DNA of 63,532 bases, the filler included, from Piedraia hortae CBS 480.64 (Eukaryota): the NCBI GenBank assembly GCA_010093745.1. It is 2 parts of 2 records of this genome, joined end to end, with 100 filler letters (N's around TTAATTAATTAA, not from the genome) between each part and the next. Parts side by side here need not be neighbours in the genome. Positions count along the whole stretch, not along the records: positions 1 to 31,766 come from MU006053.1; 1 more part is not named here. One strand, given 5' to 3'. Shown one piece after another: positions 1 through 12,684 of this stretch. Each line of letters starts with the position of its first letter. Within the stretch, counting starts at the first letter, position 1. Below the pieces are notes generated by a model, which did no database searches, was not told the origin of the DNA, and was given only the letters and a program-made list of their open reading frames with translations. Both the position numbers and the translations under genes were made by a program.

Positions 1-409
1 ATTATTAGTAACCGTCGCTCGGCTCTCGACTTCACGCGTCAACTAGTTTTCCGTAGAGATTTGTATGCAGGTACACATCTGCTCACAATTATAATAATTG
101 GTCCTTTTCCCATTCTCAATACGTGACACGAGAATATCCGCATTCGTCCTGTGATAACCTACGTCCAAACCAAGATGTCCTCCTCCCCCTCGAACCTCCC
201 TCCTATCCTCCTGCCTTTGGCGTTCTGGCCCTTCCCGACATTGACATACGTCACACCTGTCACAAATCTCACAGTCCAAAGGGGGTTTGGGGGCTGCCCC
301 CAAGAAGTTGTTTCTGCAAGGCAACAAGAAAGAAGTTCACACGGTTCAGACGAAAATTTAGCTCGAGCAAGGTGAGCTACAATTTGGGTGATCAGCGTCA
401 GTAACAACA
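1..409 (+). mobile_element. LTR-like repeat, copy A (lacks first 28 nt; ends ...GTAACAACA)
   Basis: Bases 1-66 are identical to 63467-63532. The shared repeat begins TGTTGT in the other two copies, and ACAACA at 404-409 is its inverted complement (TG...CA LTR termini). The right boundary is inferred from that 6-bp match only. Confidence 0.65.
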
Positions 410-1159
410 ATCACACAGGGGCGTTCTTTCACAGATTAAACCTGTTGATTGCCTTTTACCTGACTGAGTAAATTTGCACATGCTATCAAAATCATATGAT
501 GCGGCTCACCTTGTCGATCCAAACACCCATTTTCGCCCATAACATCACAACAAGACCACTTATCAAAGATTCAACAATACAAGATGTTCCTGTAGTGGCG
601 CTGAGTAGCATGAGAAGACTTGTTACAGTGCATACGCGCAGTTGAGCAAAAATATTCATAAAAGTACTTTAGCGCGTTTCGGACCTGTTCTGTTTGTATT
701 TGTCATCCATTATGTGGGCGTACTTACAAGTCTGTTATTGCGTGACATGCCTGGTAGACAGACGCTACTGGTGGTAAAAGTATCATTAGTCATTCTTTGA
801 TGTGTCATACGTGTTGCAAACGGTAAATTATCTGCGAATACATGTACATAGCAGCTTACAAAGCCAGACGGAAGAGGTCCGCAGTCCGTCAAGTGCCTTC
901 TTTTCGAATGATCTTTTTCATTTCTGTATATGCGATGCAATGAACATGCTCATCATATTCAGTGCTATCAGGAGTATCTTTTACTGTGGAATTTTCGACT
1001 AGTGGTCTTGTTGTGATGTTATGGACAGAAAAGGGTGTTTGGATCGACTAGCTGACCTGCACTATATTTTACATGCGGAACAGCCCCGCTCTCAAGTCAA
1101 CGCATTTAATTACCTCCGCTGTCAGGCACTACATCTTCTCCTGTTAACCAGGTTACAAA

Positions 1160-2271
1160 ATGGCAGAGCTAGACAAAGTGCCTGGCGACCTGAAGTTATA
1201 TATTGGCGGGTTTGTGCCAGGGATTTCGACCTGGCGAACAGTGTGTTGATGTCATCAGGTTATACAATTTGCGGCGTCAAGATGTCTTACTGGCCGGCGG
1301 TGTTACTCATATACTCTCGGTGCTCACGCTGCCGCTGCCAGAAATAGATTTTAAAGCATTCACTCACAAAGCAATCGATGTTGACGATGTTGAAGACGAA
1401 AATCTGCTTCAATATTTCCCAGTGTGCATCCAATTCATTCAGGATGCCTTGGAAACCGGCGGAGGAGTTCTTGTCCACTGGTAAGCCTTTGTACACTGGT
1501 CATTCTTGCCGGGCTCCGCAAGCATAGCATATCACCTTGTGGCATGCTAATTTAGTAGTGCAATGGGCAAGTCTCGCTCCGCAACAATAGTCTGCGCCTT
1601 CTTAATGCATTGTTTTAGCATGACCCCTGATCAAGCCCTCGCTCGAGTTCGAGAAAGCAGACCATTCTGCGAACCCAACACAGGGTTCTGGAAGCAACTT
1701 AACCTTTACCATGAAATGAAGACTCCGCTGGATGTAGATGGCTCGCCAATGTACCAGCGATGGATTTACCAGCGGGAGTTGGAGCGTAGTCGAGAATATG
1801 GACAAGCACCAGAAGCTGACAAGATTCGATTCGAAGATGAGTCTTCCGACAATGATATGTCTGCGGCGTTTGAATTGAGATGCCGCAAATGCCGGTGAGA
1901 AGCTCTTTCCATTCAAGGTCACCTTTCTGACAACACTTAGTCGTACACTGGCAACATCACAATACCTGGCTGACCACAAGTCTACTGGCCGCCCTTGCAC
2001 ACATTACTTTATGGACCCTCTGTCTTGGATGCGGCCAGCTTTGGAACAAGGCCATCTAGATGGACGTCTTGAGTGTCCCAAATGTGGGACCAACGTAGGA
2101 AAATACGCTTGGCAAGGAATGCAATGCAGTTGCGGAAACTGGGCAGTTCCTTGCATCAGTCTGGCTAAGAGTAAAATCGACGAGGTCAAAAGTCGATTAG
2201 TCATAGGAGGAATACGCATGCCACCACCACCCAATGGAAAGTTCATCGCCCCTAAACGAGAGAGTTTATGA
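1160..2271 (+). CDS. YVH1: Dual-specificity phosphatase Yvh1/DUSP12 with C-terminal zinc-binding domain (3 introns)
   Basis: Spliced MAELDKVPGDLKLYIGG|LYNL...; catalytic VHC|AMGKSRS split by an intron; C-terminal CRKCR and CPKC...WQGMQCSCG. Confidence 0.93.
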
Positions 2272-3588
2272 ATTCTCGCGCACACCATACTTTATACTTG
2301 TTGTTCTGCAATAAAATGCGCAACAGATATTTTCGGCCTGGCAAGGCTTATGGGGCATCAATGTGGAGGAGGAGAAACTGATTTCGTTCACTCTAAGAAG
2401 AAAAATCTGATACTGAGATACCATAGGATAAGCTGCTCGCAGTGAGAATAAATATCATGTTGAAATTCGTCAAAAGGGCCAGTCACGAAGAGATGCTGAA
2501 TGCCGAAGTAGTAAGCCTTAACATGCATCAAAATACAATTCCATTTTCCTTAGTTGATACCACTTGATCACTCACGTTGATCCTGTTGGCCTTGTGTCTC
2601 AGGGACAATCACGCAAACTCACGTAAAGCGAGGTTGCTTCATTCCACTCCTCGAACATGGACCTTGTGCCACCTCACGTCTCCTATCGATAACGCTCTTT
2701 TAAATGTCCTGCACATCCGTCTCACCATATTAAAGACCACCTATTCCCCGTCAGACTGAGACTCTCACGGGAAATAAGTGGTCTTCAATATCATCCGTGC
2801 TAACAGGAAGGTTCATTCATTCGCACTTGATAATCAGCTGTAATGAAATAGCCCACTGGGTAAGCTTTGAGTCTGCCGTTCTATTTGGATAGCGTGAATG
2901 GGCAGGCCTCTATGGACCGATCAGAAAAAAAAAACTCTATCATCTACAAATTCTTAAGGTTTTCGACCACTTTCGAGAGCTAAAGTTACACAATGCCAAG
3001 ACTATCGGGATTGTGCATTGCCACGTGGAGCAAAGTGGGTGAACTGAAGACTGTGCGACTTCAGCCTGATGGTTAGGCTTCCTGCTGCCATAAATCGGTA
3101 GATGATGCATTGGCTTCAGTATCTCTGTTCTGGACCCGGCCCTTTTTCCCCACTTGTTGCTGCGCCGCTGACGTACCCTGCTGCTGAAGTCTATATAAGC
3201 TCCCATGTTATCCTTTTCCTCGGATGCAATCTGGACCGTCAATTTGTTAGCAAGGTATTGGGTACCGATGACCTCTTACCATCGTCACGGTCAACTGTAG
3301 CGATCTAAACAACAGCCTTGTCATGTGAAACGACATATTCCTACAGAAAGAATGCATGACGGTGTGGGCACAATCGAAAAGGCTGAATCAATGCAGGGCT
3401 TGTGGGTTTCGGTCTGAGAATGGGGCCACACCAGAACACCGGCCACGGGGATTGGCAAGTTCGGTCTCGCCGAGAACTTGCTCAACGCGCGAACCGTGAT
3501 GGCGGCTGAAGTAACAAATTAAAATAATTATCGACCGGGTATTCTCATCTCACATCACTGATTGCCACTGCCCTGCAGTCTGCAACAT

Positions 3589-5664
3589 TTAGTAGCGCAC
3601 AACCGGTCCGAACGCCTCACCGCCCACACCCAGTCGCATTGTCTCCATGCCCTTTTCACCCTTGCGCCCCATCAGTTGCCACCACTTTCGCTCTTTCGCA
3701 GGTAAGGGGGGAACATTTCTCACGTCTTCCATGCTTAACTTTCGCACGCTCACGAGCTCGCTGTTGTTGCGCGTGTGGCCCAGGGGCGTGTGTCCTGTAG
3801 TTGCCACGTGCCGTGGCGGACCGACCCTTCGATTGCCTGACTGTCGTACTGGACCCGTAGATAATCTGGATACCTGGCGTTTCCCGGTGTTGACATTGTA
3901 GGGGCGTGTTGCCGTTATGCTTCGTCGTTTCTCTTGTGTCTCACTCCGGAGGTCGATGGATGCCTTTTTGGACCGCGGTGGTGTGGGTAAGCCCATGCGG
4001 GCCGCCAAGATATCCTCGCGATTGTCAGACCGAGCTGAAGCTGACGGTGTCTTGCTGTCGGTTCTTGAAACAGGCGACCGTGACTCCGACTCGTCCTCAG
4101 CCCACCGATCGTCTAATTTAGGCAGCGGTGGTAATTCGCGATTCAGATCCACTGGCGGCTTCAGCTTCGACGACGCAGCTGCCAAAGGAAAAGCTTGCGT
4201 AGGGCTACGACCCCGCGCATCGGCTGTAGAGGGCCGGCTGGGCCCGTCGCTTGTCTGACTGGCCTGTCTTTTATGCGGTACTCGGCCAGGACGTATCTGA
4301 CCCGCCGACGGGCGTCTCGAATCAGGAAGATCCAGCTCCGACATGGCGCTGCGATACGAGTCGATTGATGGAGATCGTCGGCTAGGAGTTCGGCCCGAAG
4401 CTTTGCCTTGATCGACGCTCGGTCGGCGGCTACCAGCCGTGGTGGCAGCCGCGACCGACCGCAGACGCTCTCGAACGTTACGAGTGGTGCTGGGCGCACG
4501 GCGACTCGAGGACCGCTGCACAGATGGCTCCTCGGGCGCAGCAACACAATTGGGCGATGCAATTCGAGATGAACTTGGTGAAGATGGCCTGATGAAATCC
4601 TTGACATAGCGCGAGATGCTGCGAGCACGGCTGGCTGCGCGGCTGGCCACTTGAGAGGTACCGCGGCTGCGAGTTGGGGGCGGAACAGGAGGAATGTAGC
4701 TCTTGGGCCGACCCCTTTCACGCTCCGGTGGCCTTACATCGAGACGCGCGGGTACAGGCTTCCGCTTGGGCACATTGATAAATGGCGAGGGCGGCGGCTG
4801 ATGCGATGATGAGCATGGGGATGGTTCTGCTGTAGACAGAGCGTTAGCGGTAGGCGTTGCGTCAGCCGACAAGGGCAATGGCCGGTGATCTGCGGCGGCG
4901 GCGGCGGGCTCAGACGTGGGCCAAGCGTGCGAAGAAGTTCGTTTGGAGCTGCGGGCAGGCGTGACTGCGGCCGACGTCATGGCCGTCGACGCGCGATCCG
5001 ACCAAGGATAGTCTGTCGTATCGGTGTGAGGCGTGGAGCCCGAAGTGCCGGAGCCAGCGCGCGTGAGCCCATGCAGACGATGAGCATCTTCCGAGCGCGG
5101 AGCAGCAAGCGTGTTCGGGACAGGGTGCGATTGTGAGCGCAAGTGCGAGTCGGCGCGCGGCCGCAATGCGGTTGACGTGCTGCGCGTAGGATTCATCAGC
5201 TGCTCAGCACGACGCTGGGGATCGCGGCGGGTCGAACGGCTATCATCGACTACATCTGCCGCATCGACGGATGCTGCGGCATTCTTGGTAGGCGAAGGCG
5301 ACATCGATGGCTCCAGCTGCGGCGCCGTGGCGCGTATGGCAGCATAGTCCAGTTGCTGCTTCTGGCCCGCCATTCCGGCGCCGGCTGCGGGTTCATCGCA
5401 AACGACGTGAGACGGCTTGTAATTCTGGACGACATAAGTGCAAGCGGATCGTAGCTCGGCTTCGGTTAGGGGCGAGAGCGGAGGACGGACGCTGCGTGGG
5501 GTTGGCGGAGGCGATTCTAGCGGCTGGTTGAGCTGGTCACGGAAGGAGCGATTGTCTGGCCGGAGCGCGCTGATTTTCTGCTCAACAATCAGTACACTTG
5601 TAACCCGGAAACGATCAACACTAACCAGGCGTGGTAGGTCGAAACTGAACTTGCGTGTCTTCAT
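3589..5664 (-). CDS. Hypothetical Ser/Pro/Arg-rich, probably disordered protein (691 aa)
   Basis: Long uninterrupted ORF with coding-like GC content; no recognisable domain (DLNRELPPLP motif). Confidence 0.8.
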   Translation of the reverse strand: MKTRKFSFDLPRLVSVDRFRVTSVLIVEQKISALRPDNRSFRDQLNQPLESPPPTPRSVRPPLSPLTEAELRSACTYVVQNYKPSHVVCDEPAAGAGMAGQKQQLDYAAIRATAPQLEPSMSPSPTKNAAASVDAADVVDDSRSTRRDPQRRAEQLMNPTRSTSTALRPRADSHLRSQSHPVPNTLAAPRSEDAHRLHGLTRAGSGTSGSTPHTDTTDYPWSDRASTAMTSAAVTPARSSKRTSSHAWPTSEPAAAAADHRPLPLSADATPTANALSTAEPSPCSSSHQPPPSPFINVPKRKPVPARLDVRPPERERGRPKSYIPPVPPPTRSRGTSQVASRAASRARSISRYVKDFIRPSSPSSSRIASPNCVAAPEEPSVQRSSSRRAPSTTRNVRERLRSVAAATTAGSRRPSVDQGKASGRTPSRRSPSIDSYRSAMSELDLPDSRRPSAGQIRPGRVPHKRQASQTSDGPSRPSTADARGRSPTQAFPLAAASSKLKPPVDLNRELPPLPKLDDRWAEDESESRSPVSRTDSKTPSASARSDNREDILAARMGLPTPPRSKKASIDLRSETQEKRRSITATRPYNVNTGKRQVSRLSTGPVRQSGNRRVGPPRHVATTGHTPLGHTRNNSELVSVRKLSMEDVRNVPPLPAKERKWWQLMGRKGEKGMETMRLGVGGEAFGPVVRY

Positions 5665-5777
5665 GGCCGCTGTAGTGTGCCGAGGCAGGTTGGAAGAGCG
5701 CGGCCAGCCACGTTGGGCGACAAAGGTGTTTGCGGAAAGAACGATGCGGATTGTGACAGATTGATCGAGGGTTCAAG

Positions 5778-5778
5778 C

Positions 5779-5825
<47 letters not shown>

Positions 5826-5842
5826 GGACAAGGACAAGGACA
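5778..5842. repeat. (CAA)16 microsatellite followed by about 3 GGACAA units
   Basis: Directly visible; lies upstream (putative 5'UTR) of the 3589-5664 gene. Confidence 0.95.
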
Positions 5843-8346
5843 CGGCAGAAGGCGCGCGGTGGTGGATGTCAATGTCAAAGAGAGAAACTGAAAACGGGCC
5901 ACGGGCCGTCAGGCTCAACGAGAAAAGTGAATGGGGAAGGTGCGAGTCGGGGGGTCAGGGGGAGGCGGGGGATTGGTCGCTGGTTTGATTGACGCACATG
6001 GCGGCATTGATCAACATTTGACGAACATTTGATGGATTGCGTCTCTGATTTGTCCGACAAGCAAATGACGCAGGCGCGGTCATGAATTATTTGGAAACAT
6101 TAGCCACAAAGCGCATGCTCAAGCACCTGCCATTCACCTCCTGCTGGTAGCGCTTGTTTGCCTGAGCTGTCAAATAGCGCTGCTCTTCACCTACCCCCTA
6201 CACCACGGCCTCACACCGCTGCGGACAGCGACCACCTCACATAAACTCTATTGGCCGCCACTCTGCTTGTTCTACCAAGCAGCTGTTTCGCCTAAAGCCT
6301 CGTGGGGTCCACGTCATATGACTCCAAACCACATGTCTCTGCAGGAGGCCAGTCCCTCGCTGCGCCCTCGGCTTGGAGCTTTAGATCCCTGCATCTGAAA
6401 GTCATCTAGAAGTCTCACCACTATTCCGTACCGGGCACGCTAAACACTCGTCCATTAGTAAGAATGTCACGCCGGAGTTGACGGACAACAACGTATGTAT
6501 TAGAAAGCCCTTCCGAAAGATGCGATCTATTGAATTTACACCTATCGCTTTCAAATGGGTGCCTCACATCGGTCACACCTGCCAGACGATGAAGCTATCT
6601 TGCAGCCTAAATTCGAGCCTATTCGATGAATGCTCACCTAGTCCAATCACGCTTTGCGTCGCAACTCACTAAGATTGTGCTGTCCATGTCATGTCCTTGT
6701 CATTGGACTTTCACGGTTTGCTTTCAGCTAGTGCTGGGCTGTTCCAATCGCGATATCTTTGTACGACAGGTACCTGAACATGACAGAGGAAATTACTCAT
6801 TCGAGCAAAAAAACCACATTTCGACGGTAGCTCAGCGCCATGCTGTCATGATACCTGGGTGGTTGATGCCCTCCCCAAGCCAAGGCCAGCCCCGATGCAA
6901 GACGTCGATGCGCTCCAGTATATCATCAAATTGTGGGTGCTGTTGCAGTATCACTCATGTCTTTCCAGCGCAAAACAGACGATCCCTATCGCCTTCATAT
7001 GCTTATATGTATGCCCGTAGACTTAAGTAACCCAGAGTACGTAGTCAAAAACCCATTTATCCCGTTATTGCTTTCCATCTTCACCATTCTTCAAGCCGGG
7101 AGGAGCTTTCCCGTATACATTTGTCCACGAGTAGCTTCTCCAACTGATACTCCTCAAGTAACAACAGTAGGACAGCATCCTTCTGCTTCAATATTATACT
7201 TGGAGGTGCACCGTCAAGTCACATACTCTCCATCCAAAAAAGATAACAGGCTGAAGGCACTTGCTTATCCTGATACATTTTCACGACATATTAGTGCCAT
7301 CGTTCATTGAGATGCACCGCTACCAGTATCAACACATCTTTTGTATTCTCTTGGCTCCGTATCTCGGAACCCGATTCAGACCGGATTCTTGGATACTAGC
7401 AAGAGAAACATCAGTTTGCCAAGTTTCCGAAGTAACAGAGGTAACTCGAACCTTAAGACAGCCTCACCAAACACTGTCGATCTTCTGGCATCCGTAACAA
7501 AGATAAAGGCCGCACTTTAACATTTCCAAACCCGTGATGTGCTTCTCTGCATTACGTGTAGGTTTGATCTATAACTAACAAATCGGGATCTAGTTAGCTG
7601 TTGTGTTGCTTAGCTCGGGCCGGTCCGCTGAAGGCTATGCAGCTTAGAGATCTTCAAAGTCATTTATGTTGGTAGGGGGCATTGCGACAAGGACTAGGGC
7701 AACTGGCTAACCGCAATATCTGAGTTGGATGAGTAACATTTTATGAGTCTGAGAGCCCCAAAAGGTGTGGCTTGCTATTCCTGCTTTTGCTAGGACAATG
7801 CTAGTGATACGATGGTTTTGCGGAGTATGTTTCTGCAGGATGCACTGAGTAATATACGTCGATTCGATTTTATTGTGCCCAGAAAAGTTACTATGTATAC
7901 CCACTCATTACCATGCTGCTCAACATTATATCGATAATCAATGAGGGCCGACTGTGCGATTCTGCACATTTTCTCAAGCCTTACTGAGCTTCTATTGTAG
8001 TCGATGACTGGACCTTGCCTCATTAAAATTGGCCAGTACAAGAATGGGCCACTGAAGATATGCTCCTTTGTTTCATTCCATCCTCATGCCGGTTGTATTC
8101 TGGCGATGTTCTGCGCACGTGTGGGGATAGCCGACATTATTTCCAGCAAAAATATATTCGTAGGACAAATTTAGGTCTCTGCCAGGTCCAATCTTCGGCT
8201 TGCATGTGGGGATAGAGGGTGAAGGCCCCCCGTCCCCAGATTTACCCGGCGCTAGTCCACGTTCGGCCTCGCGTCGCCCCACAGGCCCGACACCTCGAGT
8301 TCGCCTTTCTACCCCCGTCGACACTACATACATACATCCGCTGACC

Positions 8347-9092
<746 letters not shown>

Positions 9093-9472
9093 TTTGACAA
9101 CGGCATATCAGCGCTCTTAGGCGTTTGGTGCATCGGCGTGGTTTGAGGTGGAAAGCAGTATTGCAGTTCAATTCTTATGGTTTTGATGCCCGTCTCTCTC
9201 TTTATTTTTCCATCCGAAGATGTTGCTGACACCAGTATTCTTCTTGCTTGCCATCTGCAGACTATCATCTGGCTACCTTTGTTTACGCGTCAATCTATGT
9301 TATGGGCCACCACCCCTTACGCGTGGACACTCGCAACCACGTTGCTATGTTTACAGCCAACGCGTCTTCCTATTCCACGAAGTGAGTGACCTTTTGTACC
9401 CTTGCTCCATTACAGCACATTCACCCAGGCCAAACTTCTTTGCACTTTGCACACGTTGCTGTTGTCGCGGCA

Positions 9473-11728
9473 ATGCCTCTGAGCATTCACCCGGCCTGTC
9501 CGCCTGACGCGTCAACGGCGTCGAAATCGATTGGAGGAACGGGCCCGGGACCAAATGCTTTCAAGCTCCAGCAAGAACGCTTAGAGCGTCATCGTCTTGA
9601 AGGTAATGCCTTTTATCAGCAGCAAGTGGAGAGTCGGCGCATTGCGCCGCCTCTTCAACTCCATCCAGCCCTGCGTCGTCGAGCTTCAATCGGGTCAAGC
9701 AGTCCTGTGAGCTCCATGCATCCATCTGTGGTCAATTGCTCGACTATCAATGACGGAGGCTCGGTTATTACTACCATGAGTCCCTTCATCGATTCGGATC
9801 CGCGGTACATCTACATTCCACGGCAATCTGTTAAGGATGGTGAGCTCCGGGGCTCTTCCGAATCAAACGCTTGCAAGAGCCCTAGGAAAGGACATGTTGG
9901 GCTTTCTGTTTTTCCCCGCAAAGATGCCGAGGACAATGAGCATGATGGCCTTAATAAAAACTTGCCAAAGAAAGGGATTCTCGATAGGCTCAAAAAGCTT
10001 GGCGGTCTTATGAATCATCAAGATACTTCTGCAATTCCACCAAGCGATATACCTCCAAAGGCCCAGGCTGTGCTTGGAACCGGGAATATTTGCGCTGATC
10101 CTTCAATTACGCCCCAAACAAGATCAAGCTTGCACACATCCTTGGGAAAGGGGACAAATTCAGCCAGGACTCTGTCATGTGATGCTCATGGTGTCATTGA
10201 CGCAGAAACGCCGTGCCCCAAAAATCAGCCAAGCAATCGTAGTACCAGCCGTCGTCTGTCTTTTCTCCTTGAGGACACTGACTCCTCTACTCCTCCAACC
10301 CCGCCTGCCAAGAATACCCCGCCTTCGCAGAACTGTAACAACAGGCAGAATGCTGGAGAGTACCGTGGTCTCGGAGTCTCTGCTCAAGCTGGGTTTGGCG
10401 GGCCGAATGTCTATCAGCATACTAAACTTTGTACGGCTCAGGCCTCCCCGGCCACCTCCAGCGCCTTTGGACGCCGCTCATCGCCCAAGCTAATCACCAG
10501 GCCCAGCCTGTACTCTCTTCACGCGTCCATTGTGCCAGAATCCATCGATGCAGCTGAATTGCAAGGCTACAAATCGCGCATGGATGGTTTAAATATTGAA
10601 GGCTTCAATACCCGTGCGGTTTATCCCAACAACTTGTACAATAACCAAGGTTCTGACATTCGTGTCGGTGGCGGGGGAGCCAGAGCTCATGACACCAATC
10701 AACTCGCGCGCATGGGTGTGGGTGACAATCTGTTCACCATGGTCCATAAACACCTGCGTACGGCCAGCCCCCAAAGTGCAAACACATCATGCTATTGCCA
10801 CATGGACCCAGGGTACGACTTTGGTTATCCTTCGGATGCGCCGACCAGTTCACATGGAAAGGCTGCTGCCAATTTGCTGTCGCCACAAAGGAGCCCTTCC
10901 GCTACTGTATACACGCACCAAAGTGCCAAGCCGTCGCCATTGTGTGTTTTTCCAGCGGTTCCTCACATTCCTCCACCGACCAACCATCCGCTTAGATTCA
11001 AGAATAGCGAACCCATCAAGTCGGTGAACGAGCCCAAAACGTCTTCGTCGGTCAGCGGCTCCGGTAGCAACGAACCGCAGCCTCCGTATGGTTCGTATCA
11101 GGATGTGGTCCTTGATGCACTGGCACAGATTATGCGTAATCATGAACACTCTGGTGCGATGTGGCGGGAAACCCGTAATCAACTGATGACTCTCGGTCAT
11201 CGAGTAGCCGCGCTTGAGCACCAACACCACTCCGCGGCTGCTCCTATGCCAGCCGTGACCACTGGACATGACCGTCTCCATTCACATAATCGTGGATCGC
11301 TGATCGCTTGTGACTCCGCTTCAGCTCTACCGTATGGGGCCACGGCTTATGTCCAGAGCAATAATTACAAGGTTACTGTTGATGACAAGCAGAAAGACTC
11401 AGCTCAAGGTACCCCGTTGCACAACCCCTCTGGGCGCGAGATTGAACATGGTGGTGCTGCAATTGGCGATTATATCAATGCCAGCCGCGAAAGCCCGGCG
11501 CACTCGGCAACGTTGCAAGACCATGTATCAGACCAGCCAGTTGGCAGTAGCAGTGGTGTAATACCAAGCAATGAGGGCCTTGGCTCTGCTGGTACGCCTA
11601 GCTATTGTTCCCCCGACAATCCCAGCAACCGAGAGATTATGGCGATGATGCAGAAGATTCTGGCCGCGGTCAGCAACCACGACAGCCGCAACGACTTAAA
11701 AAAAGGGACGCAGGGTGTCGCACAATAG
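9473..11728 (+). CDS. Hypothetical low-complexity protein (about 750 aa)
   Basis: Long ORF, first ATG at 9473; PPTPPAK motif and a short coiled-coil-like segment; no known domain recognised. Confidence 0.8.
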   Translation: MPLSIHPACPPDASTASKSIGGTGPGPNAFKLQQERLERHRLEGNAFYQQQVESRRIAPPLQLHPALRRRASIGSSSPVSSMHPSVVNCSTINDGGSVITTMSPFIDSDPRYIYIPRQSVKDGELRGSSESNACKSPRKGHVGLSVFPRKDAEDNEHDGLNKNLPKKGILDRLKKLGGLMNHQDTSAIPPSDIPPKAQAVLGTGNICADPSITPQTRSSLHTSLGKGTNSARTLSCDAHGVIDAETPCPKNQPSNRSTSRRLSFLLEDTDSSTPPTPPAKNTPPSQNCNNRQNAGEYRGLGVSAQAGFGGPNVYQHTKLCTAQASPATSSAFGRRSSPKLITRPSLYSLHASIVPESIDAAELQGYKSRMDGLNIEGFNTRAVYPNNLYNNQGSDIRVGGGGARAHDTNQLARMGVGDNLFTMVHKHLRTASPQSANTSCYCHMDPGYDFGYPSDAPTSSHGKAAANLLSPQRSPSATVYTHQSAKPSPLCVFPAVPHIPPPTNHPLRFKNSEPIKSVNEPKTSSSVSGSGSNEPQPPYGSYQDVVLDALAQIMRNHEHSGAMWRETRNQLMTLGHRVAALEHQHHSAAAPMPAVTTGHDRLHSHNRGSLIACDSASALPYGATAYVQSNNYKVTVDDKQKDSAQGTPLHNPSGREIEHGGAAIGDYINASRESPAHSATLQDHVSDQPVGSSSGVIPSNEGLGSAGTPSYCSPDNPSNREIMAMMQKILAAVSNHDSRNDLKKGTQGVAQ

Positions 11729-12684
11729 GAAGGCATTCATTGATAGCCGTCCCTAGCCCTTGCCGGCTTGCAGTACTATCCTTGTTACACCGTTCATGAA
11801 GACAAAATGACTTCTGCTAGCGGCTACACAATAAGCGGCAAAGTTACTGTTGCATGACTGCCCTTCTACTCTTGGCTGGAGTTCCTTCACGTGTGCAGAG
11901 ATGCACCAGATTGTAGTTGGTAGAAATGAATAGATCAACCCTTTGTTTTGCTATGCAAAATGCCAGCTCACATTCTGATGGCCTTTGAGCTCGTGTCTGC
12001 GATGGTTCGATGTCGAGCCATTTGTAAAGCGGTTGTTACTGTAAAGTACCTTTTGCTTCGTCCTTGAACGCTTTCCCTTTTCGCTCGCAAGCATTGAAAA
12101 TTCAATCGCGGATGCACAAATCATCATGATAAGAGCTTTAACGTGAAAGCGAAGCAATCGTTGGCACTAACGAGATGTCAGGTAGATCAACCAAACCATC
12201 TCGGACGTCAGCCGACGTTAGGGCTCATAGTACATGTCGCCCCAGTTGGACTATATCACCAGGTAGCACCACGGCCTGATATGAACTGAACAAAAGACAA
12301 ATTCGGGAAACACATATTGTACATGCTCGCAAGTATCTATCAGCAGGCTTTTAAACTGAAAGATTTGGTAAACATGTCACAAGTTTGGGAGCGAGCGTAA
12401 TTACCTAATTCCACTCACACGATTGTCTCCAGAATGACCATATAACACCCGGGCCGAGCCGCGTCGCCAAGCCACATACACACGCACTCAAAGGCGGATT
12501 AGCATGTTTCATGACGAACAATGAAATGCAATATAACGATAGTTCCTAACAATTTGCGGATTTTGCACTACCCGTTTTTTTAGCAATACGCACTCCTGAA
12601 GTTTATGTTGAGGAGGAAAATTAGGCGTCGCGCGAGTATTGACTCAACCCTCATGAACACTGTTGAGGTTTGCAAAACTCGAAT

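Noticed and set aside
1..66. Terminal overlap suggesting a circular molecule, or that contig 2 directly precedes contig 1
   Set aside because: The same sequence also occurs at 31867, so it is a dispersed repeat; flanks TTTCC and ATCAC do not form a TSD; the content is chromosomal housekeeping genes
5621..5988. Poly-Cys, poly-Leu and poly-Asn ORFs
   Set aside because: Translations of the (CAA)n microsatellite
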